DNA of 64,000 nucleotides from an uncultured Thermoplasmata archaeon. Lineage in GTDB: Archaea > Thermoplasmatota > Poseidoniia > MGIII > CG-Epi1. Positions 1-9,122 of the stretch are shown here, piece by piece. Position 1 is the first letter of the stretch. Each line of letters opens with the position of its first letter. A program made the position numbers and the translations under genes. The DNA lies in NCBI GenBank assembly GCA_964015055.1, contig CAXHBG010000001.1, forward strand, positions 730-64,729. Reading direction: 5' to 3'. The notes beneath the pieces are model-generated. The model saw only the letters and a program-made list of their open reading frames with translations. It was not told where the DNA came from and did not search any database.

Positions 1-1
1 T

Positions 2-346
2 CCAAAAATATCATTAATTGTTGTTGATACAATAAATGCATACGTTAGATTATCTTATCTTAAGAATAAGGAACTATCCTCTCGTCAATTTCTAGAGATG
101 ACTTCTATTTTACAACCTCTAGCTGAAAAAGGCGATTATCCAGTTTTAATTTCAGCACAAGTTTTTGAAAAAGATGGAGAAATAGGGCCTTATTTTGGCA
201 AATCTTTGATGCATCTTTCAAAAACAATTATACACTTAGAAAGAACGAAGAGAGCTAGCTTTAGACAAATTAGATTGAAAAAGCACAGATCGCTTCCTGA
301 AGAATTAGTAGAAAGCTTTATTCTCACAAACAATGGCTTAGAATAA
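2..346 (+). CDS. radB: DNA repair/recombination protein RadB, 5'-truncated at window edge
   Basis: Frame is open from position 2 (PKISLIVVDTINAY..., Walker B-like LIVVD). C-terminal basic patch LKKHRSLPE is characteristic of RadB. Confidence 0.8.
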   Translation, partial: PKISLIVVDTINAYVRLSYLKNKELSSRQFLEMTSILQPLAEKGDYPVLISAQVFEKDGEIGPYFGKSLMHLSKTIIHLERTKRASFRQIRLKKHRSLPEELVESFILTNNGLE

Positions 347-383
347 ACTCAACTCTTTAATTCTGCCACCATTCTATTGTAAT

Positions 384-1877
384 ATGTCAGATTATGATAA
401 TTTTATTGACCGCGTTAAAGAATTGAGCCTAATTGGTAGCCTATCAGGAATAATGGGCTGGGATCAGGAAACAATGATGCCTCCTAAGGGAGGTAAGTTG
501 CGTTCAGAGGTGATGGCTTTTCTTTCAAGCCAAGCACATTCAAGAATAACCGATCCTGAGATGGGAAATTTAATTTCATCATTAGAATCCCAGAATTTGA
601 GCGCTGAACAGGCAGCTAATGTTCGTGAAATCAAGGAGTCTTATGAAAAGGCTACTAAACTTCCAGCAGAATTAGTTGAAGAAAAAGCAAGACATAAGTC
701 AAAGTCATTGAGGATATGGCAAGAAGCTAGATCTGAGAATGATTTTGCTAAGTTTCTCCCGTACCTTGAGAAATCTGTAGAATTAAATTGCCAAACTGCT
801 GAGCATTATGGTTATGAGGATAATATCTATGATGCACTCCTAGATATCTATGAATCTGGAATGACAGTTAAGCAGTTAGATCCGTTATTCTCAGGTTTGA
901 GGGAGGCTATAGTTCCCTTAGTAAAAGCAGTTGGAGAAAGTTCTAATCAACCAGATACAAGTTTTTTAGATATAGGCAATTTCTCAGAAGAAAAGCAGAG
1001 AGAATTTTCACTTAAGGTAGCTGAAGGAATTGGTTTTGATTTTGAGGCAGGCAGAATGGATACTTCCACTCACCCATTTTGTTCAGGTGCAGGTCCTAAT
1101 GATGTTCGTTTTACAACTAGATATGATGAAGAATTTCCATTTGGTTGTTTGTATGGTGTGATGCATGAAACCGGGCACGGAACATACGAGCAAGGATTAT
1201 TGGAGGAACATGAAGGAACTCCTATGGGGAAGGCTGTTTCACTTGGAGTACACGAATCCCAATCAAGGATGTGGGAAAATATGGTTGGACGTAGTAGGGA
1301 ATTCTGGCAATTTTATATCAATGATTTCAAGGCATGCTTCCCACATTTGCCTGAGGATTTGGATGTAGATACGTTGCACAGAGCAGTTAACACAGTTCAA
1401 CCATCTCTAATTAGAGTGGAATCAGATGAGGCAACCTACAATCTCCACATTATGGTTAGATACGAAATTGAGAAAGAGCTAGTTAATGGTGAAATTAATG
1501 TTTCAGATTTACCAGATGTTTGGAATTCGAAAATGGAAGAATATTTGGGTATTACTCCACCTAACGATACTAAGGGCGTACTTCAGGATATTCACTGGTC
1601 CATGGGTGCAATTGGTTATTTTCCAACATACACATTAGGGAATTTATACGCAGCTCAGCTTTATGCAGCGGCTCTTGCAGATGATCCAAGTATTCCAAGT
1701 AAAATAGCCAAGGGAGAATTTAGAGTACTGTTAGACTGGATGAGAAGTCACATTCACGTTCACGGTTCTAAGTTAACACCTTCAGATTTAATTACAGAAG
1801 CTACTGGAAAAGAACCAAGTAGTGATGATTTTATTGAGTATTTAACATCAAAATATTCTAAAATATATAATTTGTAA
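384..1877 (+). CDS. M32 family thermostable carboxypeptidase
   Basis: HETGH zinc motif, HESQ, HPF, IRVESDE and GYFPTYTLG motifs; 497 aa. Confidence 0.95.
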   Translation: MSDYDNFIDRVKELSLIGSLSGIMGWDQETMMPPKGGKLRSEVMAFLSSQAHSRITDPEMGNLISSLESQNLSAEQAANVREIKESYEKATKLPAELVEEKARHKSKSLRIWQEARSENDFAKFLPYLEKSVELNCQTAEHYGYEDNIYDALLDIYESGMTVKQLDPLFSGLREAIVPLVKAVGESSNQPDTSFLDIGNFSEEKQREFSLKVAEGIGFDFEAGRMDTSTHPFCSGAGPNDVRFTTRYDEEFPFGCLYGVMHETGHGTYEQGLLEEHEGTPMGKAVSLGVHESQSRMWENMVGRSREFWQFYINDFKACFPHLPEDLDVDTLHRAVNTVQPSLIRVESDEATYNLHIMVRYEIEKELVNGEINVSDLPDVWNSKMEEYLGITPPNDTKGVLQDIHWSMGAIGYFPTYTLGNLYAAQLYAAALADDPSIPSKIAKGEFRVLLDWMRSHIHVHGSKLTPSDLITEATGKEPSSDDFIEYLTSKYSKIYNL

Positions 1878-1879
1878 AA

Positions 1880-1955
1880 TGGTAGCCCCCCTCGGATTCG
1901 AACCGAGGTCTCAGGCTCCAAAGGCCTGAATGATGGACCGCTACACTAGGGGGCT
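1880..1955 (-). tRNA. tRNA-Gln(UUG), CCA encoded
   Basis: Reverse complement folds as acceptor AGCCCCC/GGGGGCT (A1-U72, archaeal Gln), anticodon arm CAGGC-CT TTG GA-GCCTG, T arm CTCGG-TTCGAAT-CCGAG, ending ACCA. Confidence 0.95.
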
Positions 1956-2034
1956 TCATTTGGTCTAGAGACAGGTGGCTTTAGAAATATTCCCCGTAAG
2001 CAACAATTAATAAAGGTCTCCTAGTGCAATAACA

Positions 2035-2292
2035 ATGACAGCTGGTGATAGGTTTATGAAAAAGGTCAGTGACTACTACAATGACTTGGGATATCCTGTC
2101 ACTTGGGAAGGTGAGGGTTCTAAACGTAGTCTTGAAGTCCAATTTAAAGCAGAATCAGGATATTTTACTTCTATGATATTTTCACCTAGTGGAAATGATA
2201 TAATTATCAAGGATGAATGGGGTCGTGAACAGAAAATAAAGGCTACAAAAGGAAACCTTGATATGATTAAGTCTTGGTCAGAACACCGTTAA
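2035..2292 (+). CDS. hypothetical protein (85 aa)
   Basis: Clean ORF with AT-rich TATA-like element about 25 nt upstream; no family recognised. Confidence 0.7.
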   Translation: MTAGDRFMKKVSDYYNDLGYPVTWEGEGSKRSLEVQFKAESGYFTSMIFSPSGNDIIIKDEWGREQKIKATKGNLDMIKSWSEHR

Positions 2293-2936
2293 TTCGGTAT
2301 TTTACTCATACTTTTCGCGTTAGGTCTTGCTTTAATCTCTAGATTAATTAATTTTTCGTCTTTGAAGTTAAAAATCCAAGGCTCACACCATCCAATTTCA
2401 GTTTTTAGAATTTCCTCTGGAGTGAAATTTTTGAGTGCCATTACAATCGCTCTAATACTATTTCCATGAGCACTTACAATGATATTTTCACCTGCGTATA
2501 CTCGAGGTAAAATCTTTTCATTAAGATAGGGTATTACTCTATCTGCAGTATCTTTTAGTGATTCACCGCCTGGAGGTGGAATATCATAACTTCTTCTCCA
2601 GATTTGGACTTGCTCATCTCCAAATTTTCTAGCAGCTTCAGCTTTATTCTGGCCGACTAAGTCACCATAATCTCTTTCGTTTAGGGCTAAATCTTTTTCA
2701 ATCTTAATAGATTCTTGTCCTATTCCTTTTAGAATGAGACTCAAGGTGTCATTTGCCCTTTTAAGTTTTGAAGTAAAAGCCATATCAAAATTATAGTCTT
2801 CTAGTAAATCAACAGCTTGCTTAGCCTCAGCTACTCCTTGCTCATTTAGATCTACATCTTTCCATCCGGTAAACCTGTTTTGATCATTGTAAACAGATAA
2901 TCCGTGTCTCACTAAAATTAGTTTCCCGCTCTTCAT
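2289..2936 (-). CDS. gpmA: 2,3-bisphosphoglycerate-dependent phosphoglycerate mutase
   Basis: LVRHGLS, NRFTGWKDV, LNERDYG, WRRSYD, AHGNSIR motifs. Confidence 0.93.
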   Translation of the reverse strand: MKSGKLILVRHGLSVYNDQNRFTGWKDVDLNEQGVAEAKQAVDLLEDYNFDMAFTSKLKRANDTLSLILKGIGQESIKIEKDLALNERDYGDLVGQNKAEAARKFGDEQVQIWRRSYDIPPPGGESLKDTADRVIPYLNEKILPRVYAGENIIVSAHGNSIRAIVMALKNFTPEEILKTEIGWCEPWIFNFKDEKLINLEIKARPNAKSMSKIPN

Positions 2937-2938
2937 GA

Positions 2939-3925
2939 CTAGTTATATTTTTCTATGGAAGTTTGTCCATATTTAGGTAACGGCTGTGCGTGTATTCCTA
3001 ATTGTTTTTGAATTTGTTTTGCTAATTCCTTTGTGGATCCGTGCACTGTATAAACTTGTTTAGGGTTACATTCTTCTACAAATTTCATAGTTCCACTGAA
3101 GTCGGAATGGTCACTTATTGGAAATCCCGCATCTACACTTCTTAGTGCCCATTCAGAAAAAGCACACCATCCAGAAACTCTTGCTGTTTTAGCACCTTTT
3201 TTTCTCATATTTTGTACAGCTTCATCCTGTTTTTTACCATTAGCTGCAGTAGTTGATGTAACCAATAACTCAACAGTTTTTTGTTCATTTTCATTCAAAT
3301 CAGAGTAGGTATTGTATTCCAGTTTTACTCCATTTCTTTTGTAAATCTCACTAACAGAAGCAACAACGTCAGAAACTACAGGAGTTACGCCGCCTATATT
3401 TGCAGTTGCAATTATTTCCTGAGCTTTTCCCAAGGAGTAAGCACCAATTATTGCACCTTCTTTTGCCGATGTAGCCATTATCCACGCTTGTAAATCACTA
3501 AGTACTTCATTTCTGTCAGGCAATACTTGGTCTGGCTTTCCGTATGTAGATTCAACAATTAAAGTATCACAGTCTTGTGGCTTAGCAACTCCAGCAGTTA
3601 CAGTTCCATATGGATTGTAATCTCCAGTATAGAGTACACCTTCACAGTCAATCATTGCTGATCCTACAACATGTCCTGCTGAAACAAATTCTAGTTCAAA
3701 ATCATTTATCTTAAATTTTTCGTGGAATTTATGTGTTGTCGCTTCTTTAGATCCCGTTCTTGCTATCATCACATCTTTCGTAGGCTCAGTCATGTGAGTT
3801 TTTGGTCTTAAGTGATCAGAATGACCGTGGCTTACAGCACCGTCTGGCCTCCCACTTGAAGGATCAAGATATATTGCTCTTTTATCTCTCTTCAAGCAGA
3901 TACCTTTGTAATCAAAAACTTCCAC
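2939..3925 (-). CDS. MBL-fold beta-CASP-type nuclease
   Basis: SHGHSDH, AGHVVGSA, YTGD, VESTYG, YSLGKAQE, SDHSDF, VHG motifs; GTG start overlaps the upstream TAG. Confidence 0.85.
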   Translation of the reverse strand: MEVFDYKGICLKRDKRAIYLDPSSGRPDGAVSHGHSDHLRPKTHMTEPTKDVMIARTGSKEATTHKFHEKFKINDFELEFVSAGHVVGSAMIDCEGVLYTGDYNPYGTVTAGVAKPQDCDTLIVESTYGKPDQVLPDRNEVLSDLQAWIMATSAKEGAIIGAYSLGKAQEIIATANIGGVTPVVSDVVASVSEIYKRNGVKLEYNTYSDLNENEQKTVELLVTSTTAANGKKQDEAVQNMRKKGAKTARVSGWCAFSEWALRSVDAGFPISDHSDFSGTMKFVEECNPKQVYTVHGSTKELAKQIQKQLGIHAQPLPKYGQTSIEKYN

Positions 3926-4449
3926 TAATTTACACCTTTAAGACTAAAAGAATACCTTGCAGGCTCTCTCCATCTGTGGCCTGTTAAATATCCGCATAAT
4001 TTACAATTAAATCCAATTGCTACCTTTCCACCATAAAGCGTTGCGTTGTGGACTTTCTTCAATGGTGAAGTACATACTGGACACGGCTGGCCTGGAGATG
4101 CAAATTCACCTCTATGATGCTTATGCCCACTCTGATCCTCACCTGGCCGTATTCTTCTCCATCTTTTTACTACAGGATCATAGCCTAATCCTTGTCTTCT
4201 GAAGGTATTCTCATCATTTTCAGGTCCAGCTCCCACTGAACGGGTCCTTATCCCTAGTTTAACTTTCTTTGATTTTACTGCTATAATTCTCATTCTTTCA
4301 GCTGAAAGCTTGTATGTTTTATCTATTTTTTTAAGGTGAGCAATTACAAGTCTGTGCATCTTAGTTTGAGTATCTATACTCCCCCTACTTTTTAGGACGC
4401 TTAAGACAGCTTTCACTATCACTTTTTTAGTAGGTTTTCGATACTCCAT
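3925..4449 (-). CDS. basic hypothetical protein with C-terminal zinc ribbon
   Basis: CPVC...CKLC pair; Lys/Arg-rich. Confidence 0.7.
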   Translation of the reverse strand: MEYRKPTKKVIVKAVLSVLKSRGSIDTQTKMHRLVIAHLKKIDKTYKLSAERMRIIAVKSKKVKLGIRTRSVGAGPENDENTFRRQGLGYDPVVKRWRRIRPGEDQSGHKHHRGEFASPGQPCPVCTSPLKKVHNATLYGGKVAIGFNCKLCGYLTGHRWREPARYSFSLKGVN

Positions 4450-4497
4450 TAATTGCCTATCAGAACTGAATGTTAAAGCTTGTTGGACCTGTAGTAA

Positions 4498-4540
4498 TTT
4501 TTATATTCCATTACAACAAGGGGTATACAACCGGAGGTTG
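4498..4540 (+). promoter_or_regulatory. TATA box with downstream AAC-N5-GT / CAAC-N5-GTTG operator-like sites and SD GGAGG
   Basis: TTTTTATAT at 4498-4506; AAC-AAGGG-GT at 4515-4524; CAAC-CGGAG-GTTG inverted repeat at 4528-4540. Confidence 0.5.
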
Positions 4541-4542
4541 AT

Positions 4543-5202
4543 ATGTCATTTGATGAAGTAGACGAATTATTCTATTTGTTAGAGAACCCAACTAGACGTC
4601 GAATTTTACAATTATTGTCTGTAGAAAGGCTGTATCCTTTACAGTTGTCCAAGGAAATAGATGTCACTCAACAGGCAGTTGTAAAACATTTGAGAATCCT
4701 AGAAGATCATGGCTTAGTAAAATCAAGAGATGAGCCTAGTCGAAGAGGGCCAAATCGAAGAGTTTACAAAGCATCGAGGGACGTTTCCCTTCACATAGAC
4801 ATTGGTCCTTCAACTTACAAACAGAAAGCAGAAACGGATTTTGACGTATCAGACTTATCAGACCAGCATAGAAGAGTCTTAGACGCTATAGCTGAATCAG
4901 AAAATATGGATTCAAGAGCTCGTATGGACCTTCTATCGAGAGTCTCTGAAGATTTAAAACAATCTATAGATGAAGTAGAATCTGAGAGAAGAAGTCTAAT
5001 GGCCTTAATGGGAGAATTGAATCGAAAAATTATATCAACGACTCAAGATGCAGACTGTACTTATCATGAAAGGAGGCTATTACATCACATACTTCACAAT
5101 AGAGATTATACTATAGAAAGTGCAGCAGCATCTTTGGGACTTCGTGAAGCTGAAGTTCGTATTATCTTGGAAAGTTTACAACACAGAGGTTTAACTCGTT
5201 AA
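4543..5202 (+). CDS. ArsR-family wHTH regulator, Phr/HSR1 heat-shock-regulator-like
   Basis: LENPTRRRILQLL...QQAVVKHLRILEDHGLVKS...RRVY N-terminal wHTH followed by a coiled coil. Confidence 0.8.
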   Translation: MSFDEVDELFYLLENPTRRRILQLLSVERLYPLQLSKEIDVTQQAVVKHLRILEDHGLVKSRDEPSRRGPNRRVYKASRDVSLHIDIGPSTYKQKAETDFDVSDLSDQHRRVLDAIAESENMDSRARMDLLSRVSEDLKQSIDEVESERRSLMALMGELNRKIISTTQDADCTYHERRLLHHILHNRDYTIESAAASLGLREAEVRIILESLQHRGLTR

Positions 5203-5248
5203 TTATCCGCATATCTTATATAGAATGCTAAAATATTAAAAGCCTAAG

Positions 5249-5779
5249 ATGGACGCTCTTCGGAAAATTTTACTTGCAATAGTTGCAATATCATTGTTCT
5301 TGCCTATCGCGCAAGCTGAAGACAAAATTTATCGCGTTGAAGGTTTACCTGAAGATTTGCACTATTCTACAGGAAAATCTTACGAGATTGTACTAACTGC
5401 AAATGATTATGCTTCAATTTCAGAAGTTAACATAAGCGTTACGAATGGATCTCTTAGTTCCACAGATTCATTTGAACCGGATGTATTCAACTTAATTCTA
5501 GAATCAAGTGATGAGGGATGGACTTTTTTCTGGCAAGCGCCCACCCAATCTTTTAGCTTAGGAGAAGGTAATTCTTTAATGGCTATAATTTTCACAGACA
5601 CAAACGGTCAAGTGTGGTCATCGTACGAGTCTATGCTTAGATCGCCAAAAATAATATCTCACAGTACGTCAGGAGTTCCTGACTGGGCAAATTCATTAGC
5701 ATGGGCTGGAGTTAGTATTACAGTTTTATGCTCGGTTGCAGGTTCTTATGTTCTCAGAAGAGATAAAATTAAGGAATAA
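5249..5779 (+). CDS. exported, C-terminally anchored protein (Reeler-like, similar to 13126..13821)
   Basis: Signal peptide ending AQA; C-terminal TM plus basic tail; EGLPE..Y..G.SY.I.L and WTFFWQAP motifs. Confidence 0.65.
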   Translation: MDALRKILLAIVAISLFLPIAQAEDKIYRVEGLPEDLHYSTGKSYEIVLTANDYASISEVNISVTNGSLSSTDSFEPDVFNLILESSDEGWTFFWQAPTQSFSLGEGNSLMAIIFTDTNGQVWSSYESMLRSPKIISHSTSGVPDWANSLAWAGVSITVLCSVAGSYVLRRDKIKE

Positions 5780-5826
5780 TTTTTGTAACGCAAGGTATAT
5801 ATGCTCATTCAACAGTCTATTAGTCT

Positions 5827-5837
5827 GACTTAGGTCA
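5827..5837. repeat. 11-bp direct repeat GACTTAGGTCA, copy 1 (inside hairpin TCTGAC-TTAG-GTCAGA, 5824-5839)
   Basis: Identical 11-mer at 6353-6363. Confidence 0.8.
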
Positions 5838-5849
5838 GAGGACACAACA

Positions 5850-6353
5850 ATGCAAAGAAGAATTGTAAAAGATGAGCAGGCAGTATCTCCTGTAATTGCG
5901 GTTATTTTGATGGTCGCTATTACAGTGGTTTTGGCTGCAGTATTGTACGTTTGGGCTAGCAGTTTCCTTGGTGGTACAACCAAGAACGCACCAACCGGCA
6001 GTATGATAGCTAGCGAAGATGGAAGTGGAGTCTGGACGGTTCAGATCGTCAAGATTAACCCGCAAGTTTCCGTAAACTCTGTACACTGGTACTTACTAGA
6101 TGTACAAGGAAACACTAAGACTGATGGCTTAGTTTCTGATGTCTACGGATATTACTCTGGTCAGGGTAAAGCTGTAGTCTTCATTGACAACGACTTCAAC
6201 GGTAAGTTGAGCCCAGGTGACAAATTTGAAGTTCACCCAGGTGAAGCTGGTTCCGATTTGGAAAGTGTAACTGACGTAAGTGATTACTCCTTCCGTATGA
6301 AGTTCGAGCCTACTGGTGACGTAATCGGATACGATATAGGTCTACAATCATAG
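5850..6353 (+). CDS. archaeal type IV pilin (class III signal peptide), probable major pilin
   Basis: DEQA/VSPVIAVILMVAITVVLAAVLY N-terminus; codon usage visibly enriched in C-ending codons (AAC, GAC, TTC, TAC), suggesting high expression. Confidence 0.92.
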   Translation: MQRRIVKDEQAVSPVIAVILMVAITVVLAAVLYVWASSFLGGTTKNAPTGSMIASEDGSGVWTVQIVKINPQVSVNSVHWYLLDVQGNTKTDGLVSDVYGYYSGQGKAVVFIDNDFNGKLSPGDKFEVHPGEAGSDLESVTDVSDYSFRMKFEPTGDVIGYDIGLQS

Positions 6354-6363
6354 ACTTAGGTCA
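6353..6363. repeat. 11-bp direct repeat GACTTAGGTCA, copy 2 (overlaps pilin stop)
   Basis: Identical to 5827-5837. Confidence 0.8.
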
Positions 6364-6403
6364 CCAAATTTAGAGTGGGATTAGTTTCACTCGAAGGTAA
6401 CTC

Positions 6404-6440
6404 GGGGGCTTCGGCCCCCATTTACCAAATTTTTATTTTT
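6404..6440 (+). terminator. GC-rich hairpin GGGGGC-TTCG-GCCCCC followed by T-rich tract
   Basis: Perfect 6-bp stem with a C(UUCG)G tetraloop at 6404-6419, then T-runs to 6440, between convergent genes. Confidence 0.7.
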
Positions 6441-7622
6441 TTAATCTAACCAAGGCACGCGTTGAATCGGTTTTGCACCTTCACAGATTCCTTCTCTTAC
6501 GATTGCATTAGGAAAAAGAGACTTCACTACGTCTTCGATGGTTTGATTTTTTGGTTTTTTACCAATTTCTAATTTCTCATTGTTGAGTATTGCGTTCGGA
6601 TATTTTTTCAAAAATTCGATTGCTCCGTCTTCCCAAGGGGCTGGGCCCTTGTGTGATACTATCTCAGGTAGTTTTCGCATTCCAGTTTCCAGAACAATAT
6701 AACCTTCACTACCCATATTTGCATTCCATGCAATAGGTTCAAAGTCATGAAGCGCTCTGTATATTTTCCTTCCTTGTTTCTGCAACCATGGCATTACGGT
6801 TTCTTCATTTTCTCCTGGAAGTGGTAAAATAATACTTGTCAGATTCCCTTGAAACTCTCTTTCCTTGTAATTAGGGAAAAAGAAATTATGTGATGGTTTA
6901 TCAAGAAACGATTTAGAAGCTAAAATGGCAGTTCCGAGTCCTTTCAAAGTTACTCCTGCAGCTACATTTCTTTTATCATCTACAGGATCACAAATCATCA
7001 CTGGAGATTCAGGAGTTTTCATTTTGTCAATAATAATTGGAGGCCTCCATTGGGACATTTCTTTTATTAGTTTTAAGAATCCTCCATATTTTATGCAAAG
7101 TATTTCTACTAAATAACCTGAAAATCCACCTACTGCAGAATTTGCACCATAAGCCCCAACAGCTTTTAGGAACTGTTTTGTTAGTCTTACCTCATTTTCT
7201 AACTCATTTATATTGGATATTACCCAATCAGTATGAAATGGCGTTCTATCCACTGCAGACACAGATTGAGTAGAGTCCTCTATTGCATAACAAGGTACTA
7301 GATCTATTCCTATACCATCTATTTCTCCTCTCAAATAGGGGTGCTGTGCGTAGAGTTCTTTACCGTTGGGTAGTATTTTCCTTGCCACGGCCAAGCCTTC
7401 TTTTTTCAAATCTGATCCCTTTTGAAATTTTAAAAAAATGTCAATGTCAGCTCCGGTCAGAAAAGTTCCTTTTGCTATCGATCCTACAACTTTAGGCTCA
7501 AAAGTCGACATTTCTAAAGCCTTTATTTTATTAAGAATGTTATCTCTTAAATTTATTATTTTTTCTTTTTCTTCAACTTTAGGTTGGACCTCTTTTAAGG
7601 CTTCTCTGATTATATCCTTCAC
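6441..7622 (-). CDS. cca: archaeal class I CCA-adding enzyme
   Basis: VGSIAKGTFL...DIDIF, YAQHPY, DLVPC, SAVDRTPFH, GFSGYLVE, DPVDDKRNVAA motifs. Confidence 0.93.
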   Translation of the reverse strand: MKDIIREALKEVQPKVEEKEKIINLRDNILNKIKALEMSTFEPKVVGSIAKGTFLTGADIDIFLKFQKGSDLKKEGLAVARKILPNGKELYAQHPYLRGEIDGIGIDLVPCYAIEDSTQSVSAVDRTPFHTDWVISNINELENEVRLTKQFLKAVGAYGANSAVGGFSGYLVEILCIKYGGFLKLIKEMSQWRPPIIIDKMKTPESPVMICDPVDDKRNVAAGVTLKGLGTAILASKSFLDKPSHNFFFPNYKEREFQGNLTSIILPLPGENEETVMPWLQKQGRKIYRALHDFEPIAWNANMGSEGYIVLETGMRKLPEIVSHKGPAPWEDGAIEFLKKYPNAILNNEKLEIGKKPKNQTIEDVVKSLFPNAIVREGICEGAKPIQRVPWLD

Positions 7623-8122
7623 TCTTCTTCATCTGCATGGCTCACTTTACCTTTGCGCCATGCTTTTATTCTTTCTTTTTCGGCTCTTTTCCTTAAAGTT
7701 TCAATGTCATCTTTAACGGGAAGGAATATAGGAATTATGAATATTATAAGTCCGATAATTAGACATAATAATCCCCATAATATTTGTCTACCTGTAGTTA
7801 GGGCCTCTAAGAATAGAGAAAGGAGTACAAGAGATATAATGGTGGATATCCAAATTATTTTTCTGAATGCCTTTTCAGAAATGACGTATTTATCTTTTTC
7901 CTCTAGTATTTCAACTGAGAAATCAGCACTCGGAATTACTATATCTTCTTCTTTGCTAACCGGCCTCTCGGCTTTTAATTTTCGTAAGTAAAGGTGACCA
8001 GCTATTCCAGAAATTACAAATGTAGCTTGGCCGTATCCGGGGTCTCCAGCAGCCGTTGCAGCCCAAACAGCGTATAGCATAGTTAGCCAAATAGTCACTA
8101 TTATTGTATTATACAAATCCAT
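7619..8122 (-). CDS. 4-TM hypothetical membrane protein
   Basis: Start reassigned to the ATG at 8122 (MDLYNT...), just downstream of the previous stop; hydrophobic segments and a basic C-tail. Confidence 0.65.
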   Translation of the reverse strand: MDLYNTIIVTIWLTMLYAVWAATAAGDPGYGQATFVISGIAGHLYLRKLKAERPVSKEEDIVIPSADFSVEILEEKDKYVISEKAFRKIIWISTIISLVLLSLFLEALTTGRQILWGLLCLIIGLIIFIIPIFLPVKDDIETLRKRAEKERIKAWRKGKVSHADEEE

Positions 8123-8132
8123 GTTCAAAATC

Positions 8133-9122
8133 TTAGACTTTACTTTCCATGGTAATTGCTTCAACAGGACAAGCAAATGCACAAAGAGTACATCCGACAC
8201 AAGTATCGTTCAAAATTAAAGCTTTTTTGGATTCAAACTGAGATGTTCTTGCGTTTAACTGCCAAGAAATCATATCAATTGATGCAAAGTTACAATAGTA
8301 AACACATTGAGTACAACCTATGCATTTTTCATTATTAACTAAGGCAATGAAATCTTTACCTTGAGGAAGAGATTTGAGAGTAATTTTTCTCAATTCTTTA
8401 AACATTTCCTTAGCTTTTTCTATACCTGTTGTAGGCAATTCCTCATTATCTAAAGCTTCTTTAACTCTCTTGAGCCACTTATTTGGTTTGTGAAAGAAAA
8501 GGGATGTAGTTCCCATTGCCTGATATGCAGTGGTACCTGCACTTTCTTCTAGAACAGTTTCAGCTTCAGACTCTACTACTGCCCCAGAGGCAAAAGAAGT
8601 CATACTTTCAACTAAATCTGACTGAAACGCACCATCACTATCTACACAAGCTAGCTTAGACATCGCTCCGTTCATCCATTGGTCAGCAGGATCTTCGAAA
8701 TCAACATCGCAATCTACTCTGTCGTGAATTCTGGAACCGCCCATGTCTTCCATAGTCTTGTCCCAATCTTTTCCGGATTGACAGAATAAATCATAACCTG
8801 TATCGCCAAGTGCACAAATTGAGAAATGAGTGTTGGTTAGTATTTTGCCAACACCTACCGCAGCTTCGTACAATTCTTCCGCATTATCTGGCATTTCTCC
8901 TTCTCCCCATGTTGAACAGACAATCATTACTCTGGACATTCCCGACATTGAATTGATATCAAAACCGTCCATGTCGTGAACGGTTGGATTCAATCCGTAT
9001 TTGGAAGCCTCTTTCTTCCATTTTCCTGCAAGTCCTTCGGAGTTGCCGCTTTGGGAGCCGTACAAAATATGTAAGTCGCGATTTCCTTCTGTTGCAAATG
9101 CAGTAATATCTACATCAGACAC
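8133..9122 (-). CDS. flavodoxin (CysJ/diflavin-reductase FMN-domain type) fused to a 2x[4Fe-4S] ferredoxin
   Basis: ILYGSQSGNSE, STWGEGEMPDNA, ALGDTGY..FC; C-terminal CIGCTQCVYYC and CVGCTLCAFACP. Probable GTG start at 9122 overlapping the upstream TAG. Confidence 0.88.
   Translation of the reverse strand: MSDVDITAFATEGNRDLHILYGSQSGNSEGLAGKWKKEASKYGLNPTVHDMDGFDINSMSGMSRVMIVCSTWGEGEMPDNAEELYEAAVGVGKILTNTHFSICALGDTGYDLFCQSGKDWDKTMEDMGGSRIHDRVDCDVDFEDPADQWMNGAMSKLACVDSDGAFQSDLVESMTSFASGAVVESEAETVLEESAGTTAYQAMGTTSLFFHKPNKWLKRVKEALDNEELPTTGIEKAKEMFKELRKITLKSLPQGKDFIALVNNEKCIGCTQCVYYCNFASIDMISWQLNARTSQFESKKALILNDTCVGCTLCAFACPVEAITMESKV

Noticed and set aside
1880..1955. tRNA-Gln as an integration site of an island
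   Set aside because: No duplicated tRNA 3' end and no integrase noticed; flanking genes are housekeeping.
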